Assembly: GCA_029977785.1 (NCBI GenBank)
Contig: JAPOKG010000001.1
Coordinates: forward strand, 97 to 64,096
DNA from: Actinomycetota bacterium
Lineage (GTDB): Bacteria > Actinomycetota > Actinomycetes > Nanopelagicales > Nanopelagicaceae
Direction of reading: 5' to 3'
DNA: 64,000 nt
The notes beneath the pieces are model-generated. The model searched no databases and was not told the DNA's origin. It worked only from the letters and a program-made list of their open reading frames with translations. The position numbers and the translations under genes are program-made. This document shows positions 19,068 to 31,136 of the stretch, one piece after another; the first letter of the stretch is position 1; each line of letters opens with the position of its first letter.

Positions 19068-21113
19068 ATGACAAAGATCGCTGGTTGGAGTGAGTTAGAC
19101 GATAAGGCAGTCGCTATCGCGCGTGCGCTTGCAATGGATGCAGTACAGAAGGTTGGCAATGGCCATCCTGGAACGGCAATGTCGCTAGCGCCAGTTGCCT
19201 ACAATCTCTTTCAACGCCACCTCGTTCATGATCCAGCAGATCCACATTGGCTCGGCCGTGACCGTTTTATTCTCTCCTGCGGCCACTCATCGCTGACCCT
19301 CTACACCCAACTCTTCTTTAGTGGTTATGGACTTGAAATGGAGGACATGCAGTCATTTCGTACTTGGGGATCGCTAACGCCGGGACATCCTGAGTATGGC
19401 CACACGGCAGGCGTTGAAATGACCACAGGTCCATTAGGCGCAGGCGTTGCAACGGCAGTTGGCTTTGCGATGGCAGCGCGCTACGAGCGAGGGTTACTTG
19501 ATCCCCACGCTCCTGTGGGTTCATCAATTTTTGATCACTCGATCTGGGTGCTCTGCTCCGATGGCGATTTACAAGAAGGCGTATCTGGAGAAGCTTCCTC
19601 ACTTGCCGGAACGCAAGAGCTTGGCAATCTAAATCTGATCTATGACGATAACCGCATCTCTATCGAAGGTGATACCCACGTTTCCTTTACCGAAGATGTT
19701 GCAGCGCGCTATCGAGCCTATGGCTGGCATGTTCAAGAGGTTGAAGCACTCGCTGATGGAAATATTGATTTAGCTTCACTCGATGCTGCGATGCTGGCGG
19801 CAAAGGCGGAGACAAGAAAGCCATCCTTGATTCGTATGCACTCAGTGATTGCCTGGCCCGCCCCAAAGTTGCGCGGCACAGCAAAATCACATGGGTCAGC
19901 GCTCGGTGATGAAGAGATTGCGGCCACAAAGAAGGAGTTAGGCCTTAACCCTGACGAAAAGTTTGCAATGCCAACAGAAGTTTTTGCACATGTGCGTTCA
20001 GTCAAAGATCGTGGCGCGGCAGCACACGCGGCATGGAATAAGAAATTTGATGCATGGAGCGCCGCAAATCCTGAACGCGCGCAATTGCTCAATCGTCTGC
20101 AAAAGCGCGAACTTCCAACAGGTTGGGATTCAGCTCTTCCCGTCTTTGAAGGTGGAAAGGATTTAGCTACTCGAGCAGCATCTGGCCATGTCATCAACGC
20201 CATTGCAAAGGCGCTACCTGAATTCTGGGGTGGATCGGCAGATTTGGCCGAGAGCAATAACACGACAATCGAAGGCGGTAAATCCTTCCTTCCGGCCAGC
20301 AGTCAGATGAAAGATGCAGACCCTTACGGTCGCATTATTCACTTCGGTATTCGAGAACACGCAATGGGATCGATTCTCAACGGAATTACCCTGCATGGAT
20401 TAACACGAACATTCGGTGGAACTTTTGCTGTCTTTAGCGATTACATGCGCCCTGCAGTTCGCCTGGCAGCCCTGATGGATATTCCATCAACTTTTATTTG
20501 GACCCACGATTCCATTGGTCTCGGTGAAGATGGTCCAACTCACCAACCAATCGAACACTTTGCAGCGTTACGCGCTATCCCTAACTTTGCTGTTATTCGA
20601 CCAGCAGATGCCAATGAAGTCGCACAAGCTTGGCGTTCAATTTTGAAGCGCCAAAAGCCAGCAGGCCTCTTGCTCTCAAGGCAGAACCTGCGCACAGTTG
20701 ATCGCTCGACCCATGGCGCAGCAAGTGGTGTCGATAAGGGCGCATACATCTTGAAAGATGCTTCAACTGCTCCCCGAGTCGTCATCATTGCAACAGGTTC
20801 TGAAGTTGGAATCGCACTCGATGCACAGATTGCTCTTGAAGCAGATGGCATCGCAACTCGCGTTGTGAGCGCTCCTTGCCTGGAATGGTTTAACGAAGAG
20901 ACAGAGAGCTACCGCTCCTCCGTAATTCCAACTACAGCGCTACGTGTAAGCGTTGAAGCTGGTATCGCACAAGGTTGGCGCGAATATGTAGGAGATAAAG
21001 GAATTGTTATCTCACTCGATCACTTCGGGGCATCCGCTGGCGCAGGCAAACTTTTCGCTGAGTTTGGATTTAGCGCTGAAAGAATTGTTGGCGATATCAA
21101 GAAAGCGCTCTAA
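19068..21113 (+). CDS. tkt: Transketolase
   Basis: GHPGTAM, TPGHPE, SDGDLQEG, FGIREHAM, GEDGPTHQP; SD AAGGAG. Confidence 0.98.
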   Translation: MTKIAGWSELDDKAVAIARALAMDAVQKVGNGHPGTAMSLAPVAYNLFQRHLVHDPADPHWLGRDRFILSCGHSSLTLYTQLFFSGYGLEMEDMQSFRTWGSLTPGHPEYGHTAGVEMTTGPLGAGVATAVGFAMAARYERGLLDPHAPVGSSIFDHSIWVLCSDGDLQEGVSGEASSLAGTQELGNLNLIYDDNRISIEGDTHVSFTEDVAARYRAYGWHVQEVEALADGNIDLASLDAAMLAAKAETRKPSLIRMHSVIAWPAPKLRGTAKSHGSALGDEEIAATKKELGLNPDEKFAMPTEVFAHVRSVKDRGAAAHAAWNKKFDAWSAANPERAQLLNRLQKRELPTGWDSALPVFEGGKDLATRAASGHVINAIAKALPEFWGGSADLAESNNTTIEGGKSFLPASSQMKDADPYGRIIHFGIREHAMGSILNGITLHGLTRTFGGTFAVFSDYMRPAVRLAALMDIPSTFIWTHDSIGLGEDGPTHQPIEHFAALRAIPNFAVIRPADANEVAQAWRSILKRQKPAGLLLSRQNLRTVDRSTHGAASGVDKGAYILKDASTAPRVVIIATGSEVGIALDAQIALEADGIATRVVSAPCLEWFNEETESYRSSVIPTTALRVSVEAGIAQGWREYVGDKGIVISLDHFGASAGAGKLFAEFGFSAERIVGDIKKAL

Positions 21114-21116
21114 CCA

Positions 21117-22652
21117 ATGAAGATCTCTGGTCCTAGCCTGGCGCACGTTGATCGCTCATCAGATCTCTATCGCCTTCTAGAACAAGCGCATGAACGAATC
21201 GCAGTTAAAGATGCAACAACGTGGGGAAACAAGGCTGCAGCAGAGGCAGCCATTCGACTCAACTGGGTCGACCTACCCGAGACATCTCAGGCACTTCTCC
21301 CCCACATCGCCGAAGTTGTCGCACGCTTTAAAGAGCAGAGCCGAGTTGTGCTCTGTGGCATGGGTGGATCTTCCCTTGGCCCAGAAGTCATCTCGCTCAC
21401 TTATAAGAAAGATATTTTCATCTTCGATTCAACGGATCCAAATTATGCCAAGCACGCACTCAGTGGAGATCTTGCGAAGACAGTCGTAGTTGTCAGTTCT
21501 AAATCTGGTTCCACCATTGAAACTTCTGCGCAGAGATCTCTCTTTCAAGCCGCTTTTACTGCTGCGGGCTTAAACCCAATAGAACACATTCTCTTTGTCA
21601 CGGACCCAGGATCTCCACTCGACATTGAAGTGCGCGATGCAGGATTTAGCGTCATTAATGCGGACCCCCACGTTGGAGGTCGCTTTAGCGTCTTAAGCGC
21701 ATTTGGGTTAACACCAACAGCTCTCGCAGGAGCTCCGATTGAGCAACTGTTGCACGATGCGCAGAACGAGAAGTCTGAGTTTCTCGCCCATCCGCAGACA
21801 ATTCTCGATACCGCCTATCTCTTAGTAGCGCGCGCATCTCAGTACATTGCCTTTACAGATGCTGGTTCGGCAGTTCCCGGTCTTTCGGATTGGATTGAGC
21901 AGTTGATCGCTGAATCCACTGGTAAGGACGGAACAGGTCGACTTCCCATTGCGACAGAGAACGCAAAAGTTGCTGCTATCGGAGGCGCCTTCACCGTGAG
22001 TTATGGTGGTATCGGTACCGATCTGATTGTTGAAGGCTCACTTGGGGCCCACTTCATCTTCTGGGAGTGGGTCACTGCTCTTATGGGAGCTGCTCTTAAA
22101 ATCGATCCATTTAATCAACCAAATGTCACAGAAGCCAAGGAAGCTACTTCGGCGATTTTGGCTGAATGGAATAACCGACTTCCCGTTCTTGCACCCACAT
22201 GCTCTGATAAATCTGTCGAAATTTTTGGAGATGGGCAATCTCTACAGGATGCACTTGCTACATTTATTGAGGATGTTAAAGATGGTGGATATATAGCAAT
22301 CATGGCTTATCTTGATAGACGTGATGATGCCAAGATTGCAGAGTTGAGAGAAATTCTCTCAGAGAAATCAGGTAAACCAACTTCATTTGGATGGGGCCCA
22401 CGATTCTTGCACTCCACTGGCCAATTTCATAAGGGTGGACAGAAGAACGGTTCTTTCTTGCAGATTACCGGTGAAACTAGCATCGACTATCAGATTGAAG
22501 GAAAGCCATTCTCACTACGCACGCTCTTGATGGCACAGGCGATCGGAGATAACCGCGCCCTTGCAATGCGAAAATACCCGCTCCTTCGTCTGCATCTGCA
22601 GAGTAGAAGTGCGGGTATTGACGAAATAATTGCTGCGGCGAAGAGACTTTGA
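21117..22652 (+). CDS. pgi: Glucose-6-phosphate isomerase (actinobacterial type)
   Basis: GMGGSSLG, SSKSGSTIET, GGRFSVLS, EQLIAESTGK, PFNQPNV, GPRFLHSTGQFHKGG. Confidence 0.92.
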   Translation: MKISGPSLAHVDRSSDLYRLLEQAHERIAVKDATTWGNKAAAEAAIRLNWVDLPETSQALLPHIAEVVARFKEQSRVVLCGMGGSSLGPEVISLTYKKDIFIFDSTDPNYAKHALSGDLAKTVVVVSSKSGSTIETSAQRSLFQAAFTAAGLNPIEHILFVTDPGSPLDIEVRDAGFSVINADPHVGGRFSVLSAFGLTPTALAGAPIEQLLHDAQNEKSEFLAHPQTILDTAYLLVARASQYIAFTDAGSAVPGLSDWIEQLIAESTGKDGTGRLPIATENAKVAAIGGAFTVSYGGIGTDLIVEGSLGAHFIFWEWVTALMGAALKIDPFNQPNVTEAKEATSAILAEWNNRLPVLAPTCSDKSVEIFGDGQSLQDALATFIEDVKDGGYIAIMAYLDRRDDAKIAELREILSEKSGKPTSFGWGPRFLHSTGQFHKGGQKNGSFLQITGETSIDYQIEGKPFSLRTLLMAQAIGDNRALAMRKYPLLRLHLQSRSAGIDEIIAAAKRL

Positions 22653-22653
22653 C

Positions 22654-22995
22654 CTAGTCGAGATCATCTCCACGTAACTTGCGAAGTGCATCTTCCAGAA
22701 TCTTGGCACCCTCTGCATCGGTACGACGTTCCTTTACGTAGGCCAAGTGAGTCTTGTAAGGGATGTTCACGACTGCACTCGGTGGATTGTTGCGATCGCG
22801 CCCTGCTGGTAGACCGCACTTAGGACAATCCCATTCAGCTGGAATAACTACCGTCTCTTCTACTGCAAATGATGGACGAACTTCGTGTCCATTTGCGCAC
22901 CAGTATGAAACTGTGGCGCGTTCGATTTGATCTCCGCGCTCAGCTTCGCCCATTGGGCCGGCGCCAACGCGACTTCCACGAATTGCACTTGCCAT
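22654..22995 (-). CDS. rbpA: RNA polymerase-binding protein RbpA
   Basis: AIRGSRVG, YWCANGH, WDCPKCG, KTHLAYVKERR; downstream of secG. Confidence 0.93.
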   Translation of the reverse strand: MASAIRGSRVGAGPMGEAERGDQIERATVSYWCANGHEVRPSFAVEETVVIPAEWDCPKCGLPAGRDRNNPPSAVVNIPYKTHLAYVKERRTDAEGAKILEDALRKLRGDDLD

Positions 22996-22998
22996 TGA

Positions 22999-23229
22999 TT
23001 AACCCTTCAAAACAAGAGAGAGGCCGACGACGCCAGCGAACCAGAGTCCACCAACCACGATAGTGAGTCGATCAAGGTTACGTTCCACAACTGAAGACCC
23101 ACCGTAGTTTGAAGACACTCCGCCACCAAAGAGATCAGAGAGTCCAGAACCCTTGCCCTTGTGGAGCAGAACCAAGAGGATCATCACGATGCTCGAGATT
23201 ACGAGAAAGATTGATAACGCTAAAGCCAC
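22999..23229 (-). CDS. secG: Preprotein translocase subunit SecG
   Basis: LLHKGKGSGLSDLFGGG...ERNLDRLT; SD AGGAG. Confidence 0.95.
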   Translation of the reverse strand: MALALSIFLVISSIVMILLVLLHKGKGSGLSDLFGGGVSSNYGGSSVVERNLDRLTIVVGGLWFAGVVGLSLVLKG

Positions 23230-23288
23230 TGTAAAACTCCTCTAGAGATAGGGGATAAGGATACCTGAGCGGGCGCTCTTGCTTCGAC

Positions 23289-24062
23289 TTAAACCTGAGC
23301 GTAAAACTTGGAAATCTTTGCGAGCTCTTCTGGGTCGAGGCTGGCTCCACCGATAAGGGCGCCATCGACATCGGCCTGCTTCATGATTTCAACGATATTG
23401 GCAGATTTAACTGAACCGCCGTAGAGGATGCGCATATTCGCTGCAATCTCTGCCGAGCCAATCTGTTCAACCTCTTCACGGATAGCCGCGCAGACTTCTT
23501 GTGCATCTTCAGGGGTTGCAGTCTTTCCAGTTCCAATTGCCCAGACAGGTTCGTAGGCGATGACAATCTTCTTCAACTCTGGTTTATGGAAACCTTCAAG
23601 CCCTGCGCGCACCTGACGGATGACATGAGAGACATGAGTTCCGGATTCGCGGATGGCAAGCTCTTCGCCTACACAGAAAATCGGTGTTAGCTCATTTGCT
23701 AGCGCCGCCTTGATTTTACGATTTATAAGAGCGTCATCTTCTTTATGGATTGCGCGACGCTCTGAGTGGCCAATGATTACAAAGGTACAACCAAGCTTGG
23801 CCAGCATTGAACCTGAAATGTCACCTGTAAATGCTCCCGAACTTTCGGGAGATAAATCCTGAGCTCCGTACTGCAAGCGCAAGCGATCGCCATCGACCAT
23901 AGTCTGAATAGAGCGAATATCCGTAAAGGGCGGGATGATTGCAACATCAACGGCGTCGTAATCTTTATCATCTAGTGAGTAGACAAGCTTCTGTGCAACT
24001 GCAATAGCCTCGAGGTGATTGAGGTTCATTTTCCAGTTTCCAGCCATCAACGGTTTACGCAT
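23289..24062 (-). CDS. tpiA: Triosephosphate isomerase
   Basis: [28 protein letters not shown]. Confidence 0.98.
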   Translation of the reverse strand: MRKPLMAGNWKMNLNHLEAIAVAQKLVYSLDDKDYDAVDVAIIPPFTDIRSIQTMVDGDRLRLQYGAQDLSPESSGAFTGDISGSMLAKLGCTFVIIGHSERRAIHKEDDALINRKIKAALANELTPIFCVGEELAIRESGTHVSHVIRQVRAGLEGFHKPELKKIVIAYEPVWAIGTGKTATPEDAQEVCAAIREEVEQIGSAEIAANMRILYGGSVKSANIVEIMKQADVDGALIGGASLDPEELAKISKFYAQV

Positions 24063-24092
24063 TACTTGCTCCTTACAAACGATTAAATTGAA

Positions 24093-25279
24093 TTAAAGAT
24101 CGAGCGCTTTCAAACCAGGTAATTCTTTACCCTCTAGATATTCAAGAGATGCTCCCCCGCCAGTTGAGATATAGCCAAAGGCTGAATCTGCAAAGCCAAG
24201 TGCACGTACTGCCGCAGCTGAGTCTCCTCCACCAACAACAGATATTCCTGAAACTTCAGTCAGAGCTTGAGCAACAACCTTTGTTCCGGCTGCAAAGTTG
24301 GGGAACTCAAAGACGCCCATCGGTCCATTCCAGAAGACAGTTTTGCAACCCTTGATTGCATCTGCAAAGGCGCGCGCAGTCTCAGGTCCAATATCTAGCC
24401 CCATCTGATCTGCTGGGATGTTATCTGCGCTGACCAACGTTGGAGACGCATCTGCTGCAAAAGTTGGAGCAACGACGATATCGGTCGGAAGAAGAAGCTT
24501 TACCCCAGAAGTTTCGGCCTGGTGGATTAACTCTTTTACGGTGTCAATCAGATCGCGTTCGACGAGAGATGAACCAATCTCTTTTCCTTGGGCAGCTAAG
24601 AAGGTGAAGAGCATTCCGCCACCGATAGCCATGACATCAACTTTGCCAAGCAGATTTGAAATCACGCCAATCTTGTCGGAAACTTTGGATCCTCCAAGTA
24701 CAACGCCGTAAGGTCGCGATGGATTGACGGTCAACTTCTTGAGTACTTCAACTTCAGCAGCAACGAGAGTTCCGGCGGCATGTGGAAGCAACTTAGGCAG
24801 ATCAAAAACTGATGCATGTTTACGATGAACAGCCCCAAATCCATCGCCAACATAGACATCTGCGAGCTTGGCTAGTTCGGCAGCGAGGGATGCGCGCTCA
24901 GATTCATCTTTGGAGGTTTCAGCTGCACTAAAGCGAATGTTTTCTAGGAGAAGTACTTCACCAGCAGCCAACGCTTCTGCCTTGGCGGTTACATCTGCGC
25001 CAGTAATTGCTCCAGCGAAAGTGACAGGCTTTCCAAGAAGTTCTGCCAAGCGAATAGAGACAGGACCTAACGAAAGTTCAGGCTTTGCTTCACCTTTTGG
25101 TCGACCTAGATGGGCCGCGATAACAATGCTCGCGCCCTTTGCAAGGAGCGCGTTAATTGTCGGAAGCGAAGCGCGAATACGTCCATCATCTGTGATCTTT
25201 CCATCCTTAATGGGGACGTTGAGATCGCAACGAAGAAATACGCGCTTACCTGCTACATCTAGGTCAGCCAATGATGTCA

Positions 25280-25280
<1 letters not shown>
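24093..25280 (-). CDS. pgk: Phosphoglycerate kinase
   Basis: [37 protein letters not shown]. Confidence 0.98.
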
Positions 25281-26329
<1,049 letters not shown>

Positions 26330-26391
26330 TTACACCACAACGTTGGGGGCCTGGCGGAGAGTCTATCAGTTACACGCAGGCTACCGACCGG

Positions 26392-27375
26392 TTAGGAATC
26401 CCCGAGTAAATCTGGTGAGAGCCCAGCCTCAGTATCAGGAATACCGAGTTCTCCTGCGCGCTTATCGGCCATCGCGAGCAATCTACGAATTCGACCCGCG
26501 ATTGCATCTTTTGTCATCGGTGGCGTTGCAAGAGATCCTAGTTCTTCCAAACTCGCCTGCCCATGTGCGATACGAAGCTCACCCGCCTCTTTGAGATGGT
26601 CAGGAATTTCTGGACCAAGAATCTCCATGGCGCGCTGTACTCGCGCAGCCGCTGCTACTGCCGCGCGCGCTGATCTGCGCAAGTTTGCATCATCAAAGTT
26701 TGCTAGCCGATTTGCAGTAGCGCGAACTTCGCGACGCATGCGTCGCTCTTCCCATGCAAGGACACTTTCATGTGCACCCAGGCGAGTGAGAAGAACTCCG
26801 ATTGCATCTCCATCTCGGATAACAACGCGATCTACTCCACGAACCTCGCGCGCCTTAGCGACGATGTTGAGGCGGCGGGCTGCTCCTACGAGAGCAAGCG
26901 CTGCTTCAGGACCAGGACACGTGATTTCAAGAGATGAAGATCTTCCCGGTTCTGTGAGTGATCCATGCGCAATAAACGCGCCACGCCATGCCGCTTCTGC
27001 ATCGCAGACATTTGCAGCAACTACTTGCGGTGGAAGTCCACGAACCGGTCGACCATTGGCATCGATCAGACCCGTCTGACGAGCCAGAGCATCTCCTGCT
27101 TCAACTACGCGAACTACGTAGCGTGAACCTTTACGGAGTCCACTTGATGAAAGAACTGCTAAATCTGAGTCATGCCCATAGATATCAGCGATATCTTTCT
27201 TGAGGCGGCGGGCGCTCTGTGAAGTGTCTAATTCAACTTCGATGAGAACTTTGCCCGCGGCGATATGAAGCCCGCCTGCAAAGCGAAGCAAGGACGAGAC
27301 TTCAGCTTTTCGACAACAAGGTTTGGTAACTGCAAGACGACTGAGCTCATCCTTAACTGCTGCTGTCATTGCCAT
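26392..27375 (-). CDS. whiA: DNA-binding protein WhiA
   Basis: [44 protein letters not shown]. Confidence 0.97.
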   Translation of the reverse strand: MAMTAAVKDELSRLAVTKPCCRKAEVSSLLRFAGGLHIAAGKVLIEVELDTSQSARRLKKDIADIYGHDSDLAVLSSSGLRKGSRYVVRVVEAGDALARQTGLIDANGRPVRGLPPQVVAANVCDAEAAWRGAFIAHGSLTEPGRSSSLEITCPGPEAALALVGAARRLNIVAKAREVRGVDRVVIRDGDAIGVLLTRLGAHESVLAWEERRMRREVRATANRLANFDDANLRRSARAAVAAAARVQRAMEILGPEIPDHLKEAGELRIAHGQASLEELGSLATPPMTKDAIAGRIRRLLAMADKRAGELGIPDTEAGLSPDLLGDS

Positions 27376-27380
27376 GGGGG

Positions 27381-28322
27381 TTATCCAACCAGTTTTTCAG
27401 TGGCAATGTGTGCAAAAAGTTGTCCCAATTTTTTTACATCGTGATGCAGAGGAGCGCCAGAACTGCGTAGATCGGCTACCAATAACTCTGAACCTATGGT
27501 TGAAAGATACGAATGTAGCTCAGATGCTCCCTCTGCCGAGCTATCAAGGATTACCAAATCAAAATGAAGCCCAGGCGCGTAACGCTGCAAAATCTGAAGA
27601 TGCTCAAGTGGTGAATAACCGGCGTATTCACCCGCGGATTTATCGGCAGAGTCTAGATTTAAAAGCAGGATTTTCTTCGCCTCAGTCTCGATGAGAGCAT
27701 CTCTTAAGGATGGCACCAATAAATGTGGGATGACGCTAGAAAACCATGAGCCTGGACCCATTGTGATCCACTCGGCATCTTTAATAGCAGCTAACGCTTC
27801 TGGTTGCGCAGCAGGTACTTCTGGGATTATTCGTAGAGTCTTTAACTTTCCTTTTGTGGTGGCAACCTCTGCTTGTCCTCGCACAATCTGAGTACCGATT
27901 GAATTCTCGAATGTTGCCTCAATATCGAGCGGTTGAGCTGCCATCGGCAAAACTCTGCCAACCACTTTGAGAAGAGCGCCGACTCGATCGAGCCCTGCAA
28001 CAGTGTCTTCATCGCGATCCCAGAGCGCTGCTAACAGGAGGTTACCAACTGCATGGCCATTGAGCGGTCCCTCACTTGTGAAGCGATACTGCATTATCTG
28101 CGCCCAACTGCGACCCCATTCATCATCGCTACAAAGAGCTGCAAGAGCCATACGTAAATCACCAGGCGGGAGTATCGGAAACTCTTCTCGCAGGCGACCA
28201 CTAGAGCCACCATTATCAGCGACGGTCACAATGGCTGTGATATCTGAAGTAAGGCTACGAAGTGCAGTCAAGGTTGCAGCTAGCCCATGTCCCCCACCGA
28301 GTGCGACAACTTTCTTACTCAA
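27381..28322 (-). CDS. yvcK: YvcK/GlmR (UPF0052) family protein
   Basis: [38 protein letters not shown]; lies between rapZ and whiA. Confidence 0.92.
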   Translation of the reverse strand: MSKKVVALGGGHGLAATLTALRSLTSDITAIVTVADNGGSSGRLREEFPILPPGDLRMALAALCSDDEWGRSWAQIMQYRFTSEGPLNGHAVGNLLLAALWDRDEDTVAGLDRVGALLKVVGRVLPMAAQPLDIEATFENSIGTQIVRGQAEVATTKGKLKTLRIIPEVPAAQPEALAAIKDAEWITMGPGSWFSSVIPHLLVPSLRDALIETEAKKILLLNLDSADKSAGEYAGYSPLEHLQILQRYAPGLHFDLVILDSSAEGASELHSYLSTIGSELLVADLRSSGAPLHHDVKKLGQLFAHIATEKLVG

Positions 28323-28323
28323 C

Positions 28324-29190
28324 TTATTCGCGTCCTACATCTCGATGCGTTGCGTGAGCCGAAATTTCGAGGTCAGCTGATGTGGAGGACAATTGCTTCG
28401 CAATTTCTTCAGCAATAGCGACAGATCGATGCTTGCCACCTGTGCAACCAATGGCAATGGTGACGTATTTTTTCCCTTCACGCATATAGCCAGGAATCAT
28501 CTGCTGCACAACACCAACATAACTCTTCACGAAGTCAGCAACTCCTTCACTGCCCAACACCTTGGCCGACACTGGAGCATCTAGCCCATTGAGTGGTCGT
28601 AGTTCGGGAATCCAGTGAGGGTTGGGAATGAAGCGGCAATCAAGGACTAAATCTGCGTCCACTGGGATTCCGTACTTGTATCCAAAGGAGAGCACGTTAA
28701 TGCGAAGGGATGCCAACATACCAGCGGCAAAGATTTCGGAGGTGCGCTTTTCTAACTGATGAACATTGAGGTTAGAGGAGTCAATGACAACATCAGCCTG
28801 GGCGCGAATCTCTTCTAACTTCGCTCGCTCACGCTCTATACCATCGACAATGCGATCCTTGGCCTGCAACGGATGGGGTCGGCGAGTTGATTCAAAGCGC
28901 TGGACTAGCGCTTGATCAGATGCATCCAAGAAGAGCAAGCGATAAGGAACCGAGGCTGACTTTAGCTTCGCTAGTGAATTGTTAAGTTCATCGAAGAATT
29001 TTCCGCCACGAACATCTACAACAACCGCCATAGCTGCATGAGTTTCAAGAGTTTGTTCAGCAAGAGATGGAAGTAGAGCAGGTGGCAAGTTGTCGACCAC
29101 ATACCAACCTAGATCTTCGAGAGCATGCGCAACGGTCGATCGACCAGCGCCAGACATTCCCGTAAGAATCAAAAGTTCTTTAGTGGCCAT
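28324..29190 (-). CDS. rapZ: RNase adapter RapZ (YvcJ) P-loop NTPase (likely start 29190)
   Basis: TGMSGAGRST, VDNLPP, SFGYKYGIP, IGCTGGKHRSV. Confidence 0.95.
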   Translation of the reverse strand: MATKELLILTGMSGAGRSTVAHALEDLGWYVVDNLPPALLPSLAEQTLETHAAMAVVVDVRGGKFFDELNNSLAKLKSASVPYRLLFLDASDQALVQRFESTRRPHPLQAKDRIVDGIERERAKLEEIRAQADVVIDSSNLNVHQLEKRTSEIFAAGMLASLRINVLSFGYKYGIPVDADLVLDCRFIPNPHWIPELRPLNGLDAPVSAKVLGSEGVADFVKSYVGVVQQMIPGYMREGKKYVTIAIGCTGGKHRSVAIAEEIAKQLSSTSADLEISAHATHRDVGRE

Positions 29191-29205
29191 GGCTCTCATT
29201 CTGCC

Positions 29206-31134
29206 TTAGGTGTCAAGTATCTCGCCTGTGGCCATATCTACCTTCATCTCTGTAGCGGTTGAGAGTGACTGTAGATATTCAAAGATAATTCCTGCGATGG
29301 TTGCACCAATTCCTGGAGTAGCAGCGAGTTCATCACGGGATGCTTTACGCATCGCCGTCACAGAGCCAAAGCGAGCCATGAGTGCGCTTCTCCGTGATTC
29401 TCCAAGTTGTGGGATGTCATCCAGAAGCGACTCAAGCATCACCTTGGATCTGCGGGAGCGATGGAAGGTGATTGCAAAACGATGAGCCTCGTCACGAATA
29501 CGCTGCAGAAGATACATTCCCTCACTTGTGCGCGGGAGAATCAATGGGTCCTTATCCCCTGGCATCCAGACTTCTTCAAGGCGCTTTGCAAGTCCGCAGA
29601 GTGCAACATCGGTGATACCGAGCTCATCAAGTGCTCTCTGTGCTGCTGCAACTTGGGGCGCCCCACCGTCTACAACAATGAGTTGTGGTGGGTAGGCAAA
29701 TTTACTGACTTTGCCACCAGTTTCCGCAATCTCACTTGGATTGACCTGACGATCAGCAAGTAAACGTTTCATACGGCGAGTAATTACTTGATGCATCGCG
29801 CGGGTGTCATCTTGTGCCGTGTCTGTGTCGATGATGAATCTGCGGTACTCGCTCTTCTTCGCCAAACCATCTTCAAATACCACCATCGATGCAACGACCG
29901 TTGTACCTGAGATATTTGAGATGTCATAACACTCGATACGCAAAGGAGTTCGCGCCAGTTGGAGCTCTTCTTCCAGCTCTAGCAGAGCCTTTCCCGACAC
30001 AGCAGCATCAGTGGCACGTTTACTTAAGTATTGAACCAGTGCGTAGTGCGCATTTCGTTCGACAGTTTGGAGTAGTTCTACCTTCTCGCCACGTTGCGGA
30101 ATTCTGATGGAAACCTTCGCTCCCCGTAATTGGGTGAGCCACTCTTCCAGAGCGCTCTGATCAAGTGGTGCTTGATTGAGATAAATCTCTGATGGAATAT
30201 CTGTTGGTGCGCTCTGGCTATAGATTGAGAAGAAGAGTGAAGCCACCTGGTCATCGCCTTCTAGCGCCCGCTCTTGATCAACTATCCAAGAACGTGATCC
30301 CTTAATCGAACCACGTCTTACAACAAAGATAGAACCGGCAGCGTGCAACCCTTCTTCATGGATGGAGATGAAGTCCCCGTCTAAATCATCAGAGAGATTT
30401 CCTTGAGTAGAACGTTGCGCCTTTTCAAAAGATTCAATTTGATCACGCAGACGTGCGGCTCGCTCAAACTCTTCACGCTCTGATGCCTGCTCCATTTCGC
30501 TGCGCAGCGTAGGCAGTAAATTCTCCATTCCTTTTTCCATAAAAGCATCTAGCTTGTGGGCAATCTCTTTGTGCTCTTCTGGGCTGACCCAACCGACACA
30601 AGGAGCAGCACATTTACCAATATCCCCCAAAAGACACTGACGTTTGGTGCGTTGCGCTCTCTGAAAGTTGCCAGCGCTACATGAACGAACCGGATAAACC
30701 TTGAGCAGAACTTCATAGGTATTCCGAAGCGCCCAAGCATTTGTATAGGGGCCAAAATATTTAAGCCCAGGACGCTTCTCCTTGCGAGTAATAAAAATGC
30801 GCGGAAATTCATCGTTCATTGATATCGCTAAATAGGGATACGACTTATCATCCTTAAATTGCACGTTATACGTTGGATGAAACTGCTTGATCCAGCTAAA
30901 TTCAAGAGCCAAAGCTTCAAGCTCTGTTGCAACAATGGTCCAATCCACTCGAACTGCTTCGTGGACCATTCGGTAAGTCTTCTGCGCCAGGTTGGATCCA
31001 AAATATGTAGTTAAACGATTCTTTAGGTTCTTCGCCTTTCCGACATAGATGACTTTGTCTTCAGCGTTAAAGAAGCGATATACACCTGGCTCTTCAGGAA
31101 TCTCCTTGGGGCGATAACTCGCAGGTTGCGCCAT
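29206..31134 (-). CDS. uvrC: Excinuclease ABC subunit C
   Basis: GIY-YIG (PGVY...IYVGKAKNL), RIECYDIS, RDEAHRFA, HhH. Confidence 0.98.
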   Translation of the reverse strand: MAQPASYRPKEIPEEPGVYRFFNAEDKVIYVGKAKNLKNRLTTYFGSNLAQKTYRMVHEAVRVDWTIVATELEALALEFSWIKQFHPTYNVQFKDDKSYPYLAISMNDEFPRIFITRKEKRPGLKYFGPYTNAWALRNTYEVLLKVYPVRSCSAGNFQRAQRTKRQCLLGDIGKCAAPCVGWVSPEEHKEIAHKLDAFMEKGMENLLPTLRSEMEQASEREEFERAARLRDQIESFEKAQRSTQGNLSDDLDGDFISIHEEGLHAAGSIFVVRRGSIKGSRSWIVDQERALEGDDQVASLFFSIYSQSAPTDIPSEIYLNQAPLDQSALEEWLTQLRGAKVSIRIPQRGEKVELLQTVERNAHYALVQYLSKRATDAAVSGKALLELEEELQLARTPLRIECYDISNISGTTVVASMVVFEDGLAKKSEYRRFIIDTDTAQDDTRAMHQVITRRMKRLLADRQVNPSEIAETGGKVSKFAYPPQLIVVDGGAPQVAAAQRALDELGITDVALCGLAKRLEEVWMPGDKDPLILPRTSEGMYLLQRIRDEAHRFAITFHRSRRSKVMLESLLDDIPQLGESRRSALMARFGSVTAMRKASRDELAATPGIGATIAGIIFEYLQSLSTATEMKVDMATGEILDT

Positions 31135-31136
31135 GG

